This document shows, in pieces, positions 23,254-35,326 of a DNA stretch of 64,000 nt. Below the pieces are notes generated by a model that saw only the letters and a program-made list of their open reading frames with translations, was not told where the DNA came from and did not search any database. The DNA lies in contig CP075492.1 in NCBI GenBank assembly GCA_021613535.1, positions 4,526,001 through 4,590,000 on the forward strand. The letters are read 5' to 3'. Both the position numbers and the translations under genes were made by a program. Each line of letters begins with the position of its first letter. Within the stretch, counting starts at the first letter, position 1. The DNA comes from Adineta vaga. Lineage: Eukaryota > Animalia > Rotifera.

Positions 23254-24318
23254 ATGTCGACAGCAACAGCTATTGATATTATTCATTTTACTCAAAAGTA
23301 TTCTCTATATTCAATTAGTATCATTTTCTTCTTTGGAATTATTGGCAACTTATCCAATATTCTTATCTTTACTTCTCTTAAACTCTTTCGAAACAATCAA
23401 TTTGTTCTTTATCTTCTCATTGAAGCAATTGCAAATCTATTTCAATTAACCATCTTTTTTCTCATTCAACTACTTATTGGAATCTATGAATACGATGTAG
23501 CTGCTTTTTCTCTATTCTGGTGCAAGTTTCGCTCTGCGATGATTGTAGTATGCACACTCGTCGCCTTTTCTTCGGTCTGTTTTTCTGCTATTGATCAATA
23601 CCTTTCTACCAGTCATCAATTCTTTCTCCGACAACTCTCTACCATCAAACTGGCTCGTATTCTCATCTCTATAGGTATCGTCATTGGGCTACTCCAAACA
23701 ATACCTTTCGCCATTTTTCTCGAAATTCGAGCGGGTGCCTGTGCTGTATTTAACTCACACATGACAAACTATATTTCGTATTTTTACTATCCAGTTTTGT
23801 CTGGTTTTCTGCCCATACTTATTGCATCCACGTTCAGTTTGTTAGCATATCAAAACGTTCGACGAATTGTTCGACGACAAATTCCATTAGTTCGCCGACG
23901 ATTGGATCAACAATTAACTGCAATGGTTCTTATTCGTATAATAATATTTGTAATATTTACTTTACCATATACAATTCAAAGAATGTACACATACATAACA
24001 AAGATCAATCAAACAAATTTGTATCCTTTCGCTATCAATGCTTTGGTAGCAGCAGTTGCAAGCTCATTTTTCAATCTAAATTATGCGGTATGTTTTATTG
24101 AACGATATTCTTCTATATAATTAATATCATGTTTTTTTTCCGAATAGGTATCGTTTTATATATTCATGATAACATCAGGACGCTTTCGGCGACAAGTGAA
24201 AACAATTTTAATTAAGAAATATTGGCGTCGATGGAAACGATGGTACTCTTTTAGTAAAAATGAAGTGAATCCAAATGTGCCGATAAGATCAATGGATTCT
24301 AGTGATGTTCTCGAATAG
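23254..24318 (+). CDS. Rhodopsin-like (class A) orphan GPCR, copy 1
   Basis: Exons 23254-24087 and 24148-24318. Seven TM segments, GIIGN, WCK, AIDQY (DRY equivalent), TLPY, NYA|VSFYIF...RFRRQ. Confidence 0.9.
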
Positions 24319-24538
24319 AAATTCTTCAATATTGAAGTTGTCTATTAATGCTCTAATAAACGAAAATTATTCTCTATAGTTGTCTTCAAAGAAAAGAAAA
24401 ATCCTCGATGAATGTAAATGATTGAATTAATTTCACCAACAGATTCAGTGATATGGTTTAGAACACGGACAATATTTGTCTTATCAGTGTGTAATTTAAT
24501 AGACAAATCATTTTCAGCATCAATTGACCATATATATA

Positions 24539-25177
24539 TGTTAGGGACAAAATTAGGATTTGAGTAGAGATAAATCCAAACAACTACATGCTTGACTAAA
24601 AGTGAAATAAAATCAGCAAAGGAAAAAATTGCGAACCGAGGGATTATGTAGAGAACAAGTATGAATATAGATGTTCGCGTTATGGTTTGTCAACCGCGTA
24701 GACAACTAATGTCGAATTATATTATTATGAATAAATTGGGTGAAAAGTTTCACGAAAAGAGTGTAATAAAGAAAAATATTTGCCATTAATCAATTTAAAA
24801 CCAAGTGGTTTTCCACCGAAATTCATTTAGTGGACTCAACGTCGTTTCATTTTGATTGAAACTGCTGATAGTGGTATTGCTTGTTCTATTAGATCAAAAA
24901 AAAATTTTTTTATATTCATGAGAGTTATTATAGCGTGATAGGTGAAGCGCATGCTACGAGTTTTCATGGAGGCTGTATAAAAATTAGAAATGCTCTGTTC
25001 AACAAACTGTCATTCAAAACATGGTGATTAACGAGTTTTTGATGTGAAAAAGTATATTCCCTAACGAAAAATTGTTGTATTGCTGTAATTTTAATTATTT
25101 CGATTGTTTGAATTTATCTCTACATCAAATACTAGTTTTGTCGGGTCATAATTATAATTCCAATTTTGCACCTAACA
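24539..25177. mobile_element. Non-autonomous Tc1/mariner-like element (MITE, ~640 bp)
   Basis: Imperfect TIRs: tgttagggacaaaattaggatt (left) and tgttaggtgcaaaattggaatt (right, reverse complement), each flanked by TA. No ORF. Confidence 0.6.
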
Positions 25178-26081
25178 TACATATATTTTGCTGCTTTTGG
25201 TGATGACAAATTAACAAAAAAGAATAAAGTCTGTTTTTGACTTGATCATAACGAATGATTAAAGAAGCATGATGCTCTAGGTGAACCTTTTAATTAAAAT
25301 CTGGTAGAACAAGAAATGAACAACGAAAGCAATTTGTTCTTTTGAGGAACGACTAATCACAACTTTTGAAATAAATTCCTAAACAACGTTAAATTGTTTA
25401 ATTATTTTTGTAGTTCATTTATGTTCCAATGTATTCAGCTAAAATATGGATTTTCTTGACGAATTATTTAGTATCTTTAAAGTTAACTAACTCGTTCAAA
25501 AACGACGATATCTAAAATATTCTTCTAATTCATAAATACTGACTTTGGTATTAAACTACAATCGTATAATGGAGTCAACAATCTCGATATATAAAAGTAC
25601 GCATTATATTAATTAATGATGTTCTTTTCAGCTTAACTAATGTTTTGAAAAGCTTTTCAGTTATAATGAATATAATTAGTCGAGGATTTGATCTGTCGAT
25701 AGTAACAGTAACGAACACACTTTGTTTGATACAATAGAACAAATTTTAGTACTTTCTTTTCCTTTCGATATGGTTCATTAATCTTCTATTTTTTTACACG
25801 TCATTCTTGAAATTTTTCTCCCTGTTTATATATAGACACGAAGCCATTAAGTTCAGACTGTCATCACAAACGGTAATGAAGTTTTGCTGATAGATAATCC
25901 ATTCATTAGTTCTAATCTACGGATAAAAGAAGAAACAAAACTGAATTCAAGAGGGGAAAAAAAGATCACGATTTCCGGTTGATAGCTCCTAATGTAACAA
26001 GAAAAACTTTACGCTTGCTCTTTAATGAATGAAAGCATCAGTAGAGAACTCGCGTGAAGAAGAGATATCATTTTCAGTACT

Positions 26082-27138
26082 ATGAGCACATTTTCAACTA
26101 TCAATATTCTTCATTTAATTCAAAAGTATTCTCTATATTCAATTAGTATCATTTTCTTTTTTGGAATTATTGGCAACTTATCCAATATTCTTATCTTTAC
26201 TTCTCTTAAACTCTTTCGAAACAATCAATTTGTTCTTTATCTTCTCATTGAAGCAATTGCAAATCTATTTCAATTAACCATCTTTTTTCTCATTCAACTA
26301 CTTATTGGAATCTATGAATACGATGTAGCTGCTTTTTCTCTATTCTGGTGCAAGTTTCGCTCTGCGATGATTGTAGTATGCACACTCGTCGCCTTTTCTT
26401 CGGTCTGTTTTTCTGCTATTGATCAATACCTTTCTACTAGTCATCAATTCTTTCTCCGACAACTCTCTACCATCAAACTAGCTCACATTCTCATCTCTAC
26501 AGCCACTATCATTTCGCTACTTCAAACAATACCTATTGCCATTTTTTCCGATATCCAAGCGGGTGCCTGTGCTGTATTCAACTCACACATGACAAACTAT
26601 ATTTCGTATTTTTACTATCCAGTTTTGTCTGGTTTTCTGCCCATACTTATTGCATCCACGTTCAGTTTGTTAGCATATCAAAACGTTCGACGAATTGTTC
26701 GACGACAAATTCCATTAGTTCGCCGACGATTGGATCAACAATTAACTGCAATGGTTCTTATTCGTATAATAATATTTGTGATATTTACTTTACCATATAC
26801 AATTCAAAGAATGTACACATACATAACAAAGATCAATCAAACAAATATGAACCTATCTGTTATCAATAGTTCGATAGGATTTATTGCATTTGCGTTTTTC
26901 AATCTGAATTATGCGGTAAGATATTTGAAGTAATGATAAAATGAGTAGTATGAATTGCTTTTCTCAGATATCTTTCTATTTGTTTTTGGCAACATCACCA
27001 CGATTTCGTCGACAGGTCAAATACGTTCTAGTGAAAATATTTTGGCGTCGATGGAAACTTTGGTATTCTCGTACTGGCAATCAAGTTTTACCGATTATGG
27101 GTGACCGATCAGATATTGATAATGGCGAGATAGAATGA
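26082..27138 (+). CDS. Rhodopsin-like orphan GPCR, copy 2 (tandem paralogue)
   Basis: Exons 26082-26915 and 26968-27138. Same motifs and intron position as copy 1, with long near-identical tracts. Confidence 0.9.
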
Positions 27139-27733
27139 AAATCGGTTAGCTTCATTATCCGTTGACAAAACATACGAAATCTTTTTCTAACAGTATGAAA
27201 TAAAATGACATAACACTAGAATAATACTTGTGTATATAACGATTCCATTTTGCTAAAATTGGTCTTGTTCGGCAATTATCATTTTGCTAGAAAAATATCA
27301 ATCATTTATTTTCAGTGTATTGGTTAAGATGTTACCAACGATACTACGCCAATGTACTCAATAACACATAAATAATGTCCTAGCATGAGTCACATGTTAT
27401 TGACTAAATATAGAATCAAACTGAATAATATTTTTCATGACGTAATGTATAGACACAACATTACAAGTTAGTCACGAGCTAATATTCATCAATATTGTTA
27501 ATAATAAATCATCGATGAAATTAAGTTGATTAATTTAATATTCTTTTTAGATGTTTCATATGAAAAATCTTCAACAGCAATGTATGTATTTGACAACTAT
27601 AAGAATAGTGAGAAAAAAAACACATAATTTTCATTACTATTCCATTAACAAAAAGAAAAACATGTAACGTCGTATCTGACGTGTATTTACACACATTGTA
27701 TAGGATAATGAAGAAAAAAAATTGCGTGAGTTT

Positions 27734-29248
27734 TTATAATAATTTCGATGTTGCGATTAACTGTTCATATCGTGTTAATTGAGCAAGAAAATTTAAATTT
27801 GGATTTACAATTTTTCTTTTCTCTTTAACAAATAGATAAGCTTGATTAAATGTTTTCGAATGATATTTCATCAAATATCCAATAATAAATGATGAACTTC
27901 GACTAATTCCACCTTGACAATGAACAAGAATATTCTCATTTGATAATAATTTCTTATGAATATATTCAAATGTTTTATCAAAATATTGAAGAATATTTTC
28001 CTGAGCTGAATCTTGACATTTTAATTGTAAATAATCTAATGAAGATTCATTTTCATAATAACAAGGTATTGTTGTTGATATATTGATAATCGATTGAATT
28101 TCATTTCGTTTTAATAGACTTCGATCTTCAGCATCACAAGCATTACCAAGATAAAGACCCGGAAGAATTTCTGACATTTCATACGAGTGAATATCGATTG
28201 TGGGTGAAGGCGATAAATGATCTGCTGGAAGAATATTCGTTGAACTAACATAACAGTAGGTCGGATATTGTTGATAGAATTCATCAAATGATGTTTGAAG
28301 TATGTATATGGTTTTATTGTTATCAAATCGTTGAATTTCATCATAGATACATTTGATTGTCGAAGATAATTTCGGTTGAATTATTGAATTTGAACATGAA
28401 GAAGAGATTGAATCGTCGTAGAGAATAATAATTTCCGATTGATTAAAACGATCTAATTGTTTTTGATCAAGAAAATTTTTTAAACCACGAGTTGTTAGAC
28501 GTTTTCGAGATATTTTATCATTGATATTTAGTAGAAACGATTCTTTCATACGTCGTTCATTATGTCGTAATGGTGAACCACAATCAATAATTAATATTCT
28601 TTTTTGTGAATGATTAATTATTGCTGCTACATAAGCAGATACTTGTGCAGAAGTTAAAAATATCGATAACGTACTCTTTTCTTCTTCGTCATTTTCATTA
28701 GTTTTATCGACGACAGACGTTTGTTGACAGATAAGCATATTTTCGTTTGTTGTTGACGAATCTCGATTTGAAATAAATGGTCGAAACGATAGACTATTTA
28801 TATCACGATGTTGATCACGCGGCAAATCAAGAGAATGTTTTATGTTCTCCAAGGAAGAAATAAAGTGCATGTGACACTGATGAATATTCCTGTTCTTGTT
28901 CTTGTTATTTGAGTCATTACCAAGTGATTCTATTGGTAGAAGAAAGAAAACAACGTATAAGATGAAGCAATGTAAAAGGAAAAAGTACAAAAACAAAAGT
29001 AAGAAAATCTATTGATTCATGAGTCTTTCGAAATAGTTTTTACCTATTTTTCTTCGTTTAGTTGAATAAATATTGTCGTCATGAGGAAATTTCATCATCT
29101 CATCCGAACTTTCATTTTGTTCGCTTAAGAGTCGTTTTCGACATGACATTGAAGGTATAATTGAGTCAAAAGTTGCAGCACGAAGAAATTTCCGTGGATA
29201 ATTTTCAGTTGGTATATCAACTGATAATTGTCGTACTACGCACGTCAT
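27734..29248 (-). CDS. MAP kinase phosphatase (dual-specificity phosphatase with rhodanese/CH2 domain)
   Basis: Exons 29248-29044 and 28929-27734. ILIIDC...ISRKRL docking region, IILYD, EILPGLYLG, catalytic VHCQGGISRS, NPNLNF. Confidence 0.88.
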
Positions 29249-29312
29249 TTTGTTTTCTCGAAATCTGAAGAGAAACACAAAAGAATATTTGTATATATAT
29301 AAAACAAAGGAA

Positions 29313-29922
29313 TGACGCAACTTCTACGCATTAACATTACGTCAGGCATCATTCATACTTTTACTAATAGAAAAAGAAATATTGAACAAGAACTGAAACG
29401 ACTTTGAGGGAAAGCTTGACTCATCTTATCTTTCTGAAATCACAAATGAAATCGAATAGATGTACTCTTTCAACGACCTTTTCGTTCGCTGTAATTTCGT
29501 AATGTCAATCTATGATAGACAATCTCTTTCTTCGATAGTTATGACCTGTATATATAGATGAAATTTTTCAATCAAATTTCGACAGATAGTAACAAAAAAG
29601 GTGTGGCAATGAAGGATTGATCGAAGAACAAACGATAGAAAAACCATTTTTCTTCACTCAAACTTTTTTGTCCTTGTCATGCTATACTTACTCTATAGTG
29701 ATAAAACGCTAATACATGACTTTGAAATGTTTATCAATGAATCATATCGATAATGACTTTCGTCGAGTTATATCAAGCTTAAAAATATGACATGGAAAGT
29801 GAGAAGTATATTTCTTTATATATATTTGCTCTATGAGAATGTTAGAAGAATGAATCATGTGAGAAGTAATGTCATGTAATCATTTACCGTACATATTTTC
29901 AAAAGTATGATTATTGACGTCA
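29313..29922. promoter_or_regulatory. Cluster of bZIP (CRE/ATF/AP-1) motifs upstream of the MKP gene
   Basis: TGACGCAA 29313-29320, TTACGTCA 29337-29344, TGACTCA 29417-29423, TGACGTCA 29915-29922; TATA-like run at ~29292-29303. Confidence 0.45.
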
Positions 29923-30297
29923 GCGAGGAAGAAATGCATATATGCATATATAATAGAATGATCACGTTTCATAGAATGGAAATTATACAAGACTTACTTG
30001 AAAAGTGAGTTGTGTTGTTGTTTTTTCAAAAGAAAAAGTGACATTTGATCACTAAATTTACTTTAAAACTGAGTTATTGCATCATAGCAGAGCAATAACA
30101 TTTTTGAAAAAACGAATTTTCATAGATAAAGTAATTACATGACCAAGCATATTTTTCTCATGTCATGTGAATGAGTAGATTATCTTTTCAAGTACTCAAA
30201 TGACGATATTGTTATTCGAAAGATCCCTCGATAATATTAATCTTCCTTTACCATCAAATTAATATTTTATTCACAAATTTCGAAAAATGACGACAAG

Positions 30298-31339
30298 TTA
30301 TCTGACATCACTACCGACATAGTCCGTTATTTCCCTTAATGGTCTGATTTGATTATGATTTCGTTGACAAAACTGTTTACATTGACGCCAATATCTTTTT
30401 ACCACGAGATGTTTTACTTGACGACGATAACGTGATGACACAATAAGAAAAACATAAAATGTAAGCTAAAAAAGATCAAAGATATTTTCTCAAACAGCAA
30501 ATTCAATGACATACCGCATGATTAAAAAGAACGATTGAATTAAGTATTACTCCAGCTAAATATGCAATAATAATTTGCATTAAATTCGTTCGATCAAAAG
30601 AAGTTGTAGACCAATACATATAATAAACGATATAAGGTAGGTATAAGATGACTAGAAGAATAACTCGTGCAAAGACTAATGTTGTCATTTGTTGATCAAG
30701 TCGACGACGAATTATTGGGATTTGTCTTCGAACAATTCGTCGAACATTTCGATAGGCTAATAAACTAAATATCGATGAGATTGCCATCGGTAAAATTCCC
30801 AATAAAATTGGATAATAGAAATATAACTGATAACGAAGATAGGTTCGATCGGATGAAAAACAAGTTATTCGCATATATGAAGTCGTAAAAATACCACCTG
30901 GAATACTATGAAGAATACAAATACCGAGAGCAACAGCTACATATATTCTTGACGATTTTTGTGTACATCGTTGACGAAGATAAGGTATGGGACTTGATGA
31001 AAAATATTGATCGTTTGCAGCCAAACATACTAATATGAGTGAAAATGGTGTAAAAATTTGCATGAATGTTGATCGAATTTTGCACCAAATTGAATAAGTA
31101 TCGACGATTGTTATTGTTTGTGCAATAAGTGTAAAAATAAGAATAGCGATATTGACAAGAGATTCTATTTTGAAATAAAATGAAGAAAGATTTCTTCGGA
31201 ATGATTTCTGATTACTAAATACGAGAATATTGAGAATATTTCCAATGGCTCCAATAGTTGTAGTAATAACACTACTATAGAGAGAATATATTTTAATAAA
31301 TTCAGAAATCGCACGGACATTTACAACTATTGACGACAT
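30298..31339 (-). CDS. Rhodopsin-like orphan GPCR, copy 3 (more diverged)
   Basis: Exons 31339-30515 and 30465-30298. GAIGN, WCKIR, ANDQY, AYRNVRRIVRRQIP..RRRLDQQ; same TM7 intron position as copies 1 and 2. Confidence 0.88.
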
Positions 31340-31957
31340 GAGAGATGTTCGATAGTCACCCGATAAATATTATAAATGAGATTCATTACGAATAAAAAAT
31401 AGTTTATCTATCAGAAAAGCTGTTCTAGACAAATTCCTGAAATCTTCGCCATTCAAAACTGTCAGAAACAGTTGCGAATGACGTCAAAGAAAATATTTTT
31501 ATCGCGAACTTTAGAAATGTTGTCGAATTCAAGTACTATATATATATATATATCTTTTCAATGCACTTTCAAAGCATGAAACAGAAAAGTGATCTTTATT
31601 CACTTCAAATATAACGAACAAAAAAGAATCGTATTTCTAGAAATCAAGAGATGTCGCTATTTTCTGAAATCTTTTTAAAAAACAAATAGTGACATCTATG
31701 ATTATTCTTCAATAGAAATATGTTCGTTTGACTTGATATAAAATCTAAAAGATTTTTCGAAAAACTAATATAAAAAGAGAATCGATTTTAAACAAGTAAA
31801 AAGTCATACATTCTGATTGCTAATCCATCAAGTATCAAAACTTATCCGATTGGAATATTCATCCATTTTTACCTTGCAAGAAAATTTTGAAATATCTCAA
31901 CATTCATTTCACTGAAAATTATTTCTCATTATTGACTCATAAAAACATTTCGACAAG

Positions 31958-32251
31958 ATGATGATCAAAGTGAAAACGTTAACTGGCAAAGAAATCGAAG
32001 TTGATATTGATGGTACTGATAAAATCGAACGTATCAAAGAACGTGTCGAAGAAAAAGAAGGTTAAGATTACATTGTATAATTCTTTATACAAAAAATAAC
32101 AAACGATTCTTTGGTTTTAGGAATTCCTCCACCACAACAACGTTTAATCTTTGGCGGTAAACAAATGATGGATGATAAAACAGTTAGTGAATATAATGTC
32201 AATCCTGGTAGTGTTCTTCATTTGGTCTTAGCATTACGTGGTGGTTGTTAA
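31958..32251 (+). CDS. NEDD8: NEDD8 ubiquitin-like modifier (not in the ORF track)
   Basis: Exons 31958-32060 and 32121-32251: [77 protein letters not shown]. Has the diagnostic Ala72 (LALRGG). Confidence 0.96.
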
Positions 32252-32529
32252 AAAAACTAAGCAAGCGAACAAATGCATTGAAAAAAAAACTTTATTTTAT
32301 CTTGTACACTTCTTTAACGTAATTGAATAAACAAGAAAGAAAGAAAAATAACAATCAAAGATTTAAAATAAATATCCACTTTTTTTTCTTTTTTCAATGT
32401 AAAATATTTTCTTTCAATATAAAACGATCATAGATAATATTAAAAAAACCTTCTCATATTGACCATTTGTTTTTAGATTTTTTGCTAAATGTTTTTTTTG
32501 TTTATTCATTTCTATTTGTTATTGTAATT

Positions 32530-34078
32530 ATGTCTTCATCACCTTCGTCAACAACAAATGCAACACCACAACAAATTGGTAAAGCCTTTGTTGTTCAATA
32601 TTATCGTCTTCTTCATGAACATCCGGAATCTTTACATCGGTTCTATTCATCAACATCAACATTTATGCATGATGATCCTCAAAAAACCGTCACAGGTACC
32701 GAAGAAATTGCTAAACGTATCGAAGAATTATCATTAAAACAACGTCATGTGAAAATTCGTCAAGTTGATTGTCATTCAACAGTTGGTTCATCAGTTGTTG
32801 TTCAAGTTTGTGGAGAAATATCTTCATCATCCATAACTGATTCTCAAACTCAACCAATGATGAAACGTTTTGTTCAAACATTTGTTTTAACACCAGCAGA
32901 TAATTCGAAACAAAAATATTATGTACACAATGATATTTTTCGATATCAAGATAGTCCATCACCAAGTTCAATGACTGAGAATAACACTAATACAAAGACA
33001 ACGACTAATATAAATGAAGGTACAAGATTTGTTAATTAATGCTTGTTTTTTATACTCAAGCGTACTTGCGAGAGAAACTAATTATAGAAGCTTTTAAGAA
33101 ATTTGAATATATATGAATTGAAAAATTCCGTTCTCTTTTTTGTAGCAACATCACCTCTTGCAACTATGTCTTCAACAGTGATTGAAACACCAATAACACC
33201 ATCAGCAGCTAGTAATATTGAATTTTTTGATAATACAATTCCTGACAAAAAAGAAGGTAAGAGTAAATTGAATATTTTTTCGATTGCTTCAATAACTTCA
33301 TTAATGACTTCAGTAGTTGATCAAACGAAAGACCAACCATCAAAACCAAAATCTTATCGTGATGCAATTGGAAAAAAAGAAAAAGCAACTACACCGACAA
33401 CACCAACACCAACAACAGAGAATCAACCAGCAGCATCAGCAACGAAATCGAATAAATCGAATAAACAACAGAAAAAAGCAGCGGCTGCAGCAGCAAAAGC
33501 AACTGGTAATAACAATCGTACTCAACGTGGTCATCCACAAGATGCAAATGATTACTATGATGATTCTTGGTATTATGAAAATGGTTGTACGGAAGGTTAT
33601 CTTTCAACTGGTTATACCGATGATCAGGAAATATTTGTTGGCAATTTATCTGCTCAAGTTACAGAAAATGAAGTAAGACGATAAGAGTTGACACAGATAT
33701 GAAAATAATTCTTCTTTTGTAAAATTATAGATTCATGCATTATTTCGACCGTATGGAAGTCTTCTACTCGTTCGAATTGGTAATACAGGATCTCAAGTCG
33801 GTGCAGCTAATTTTGCGTTCGTTGTTTGTCAATCTATTGAAATGGCAAAAGCAATTGTTGCTGATCATGATACTCTTCTCAAATCACAAAAAATCAATGT
33901 CGAAGCTAAAAAACGTCGCCCTTTTCCTCATACATTTCGTCCAACATATCCAACAGCTGCATCACCAACAAGTTATCAATCAACTGGTTATCCAGCAGCA
34001 TTCTATAATCAATCAAGTTATTATGAAGGTGTCCCAACCCGTGGTACTCGACGTGGTGGCCGAGGTGGAACGAAATGA
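32530..34078 (+). CDS. G3BP: G3BP/Rasputin stress-granule protein (NTF2-like + RRM + RGG)
   Basis: IGKAFVVQYY..LHRFY, RFVQTFVL, KYYVHNDIFRYQD; RRM IFVGNL and NFAFV; RGGRGG tail; three introns. Confidence 0.92.
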
Positions 34079-34577
34079 TTTGTTTTCTTCTTGTCTGTCA
34101 TAACCTATGAACGTTTATTTGTCTTTTTTCCTGTTTTTTTGGAGAAAGTGATATTGTTTATTGGTCTTTCTTGTCTGCTTTGTCGTATGTGGATGAAAAA
34201 AGCTCTCGGGGATTTAAGATGAGAAAAAACTATGATAATAACGTTTACTCTGGTCTTTCCGCATATTTGAGTTTCTTCGTTGTTGTTTTTTTTCCTGCCT
34301 TCTGCCTTCTGCGCTCTTGTTCTCTTTTGACTTTCAACTTAAAATAAACTTGAAACATTACAATTAAATTTCCTTACATAACACAACAACGTGAATGCAA
34401 TGACTTAAATTTTTCTATTGAACAAAATTGTTCATATTCAGTAGCGTCATCTAGTCCGATTTAATGTCTTATATCCTCCAATCAATAAACAAAACAGAAC
34501 GCTGTTGTTTCTCGTCGTTTCGTTCGTTTTGTTTTGTTTGTATAGAAAAGAAATAATTTTTTTTGAAAGAGAAATTC

Positions 34578-35150
34578 ATGGAAGATACTACACGTTTAAC
34601 AAATGATCATTCAATAAAATTATTCATTCAACGTGATTATTCCGAAGGTACGGCGGTGAAATTCCAAGAACGTTTTCCAACAGAATTAGAAGGACGAGTA
34701 AATATTTTAGTCGAGTTATTTTCATATTCATTTCATCAAATGATTCGATATTAGATCAATCGAGAAGAATTTCTCGGTATTCTTCGAGATATCAATGGAT
34801 TCTTTCGTGATGCTGAAGCTTTAACATGTTCGACATTTATGGAAAATTGTTGTGCTTGTTTAACTGGTTACTTACTTCTACTTTGTATGCCAACTCATTA
34901 TGAAAAAGTAAGAATAACCTATTGATGATTGAATTCGTTTGATGAACAGAAAATTTTAGTGTGTTAGACGAGCAGCTAAATATATTGAAGAAAAAAATGA
35001 ACGTGTTCTCAATCATCATGGTATTTTTATGCTTGATCCAATGGAGAAAGGACTCCGATGTGTATGTATAGTGATTAATCAAAGAAAAACAAAACACTTT
35101 TTAAGAATTTTATTTAGATTGAAGTATGCATTTCAAACGCTCATCGATAA
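34578..35150 (+). CDS. GOLGA7: Golgin A7/GCP16 (DHHC palmitoyltransferase cofactor), 4 exons
   Basis: [50 protein letters not shown]; TAA at 35148-35150. Confidence 0.92.
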
Positions 35151-35326
35151 TTAAAATGTGAATAATTTAGAGAAAATTCTTGTTGTTCTTCTCCTATGTG
35201 GAACAGTGTATATGAACAAATCTGTACTGTCAATAAATATTCTTTTCTTTCTGCATTATTAAAAAAAAACATGAAACTTTTGCTTATGTGTTTATTATTT
35301 AAGATTATTTGGTCTCTTTCTAATCA

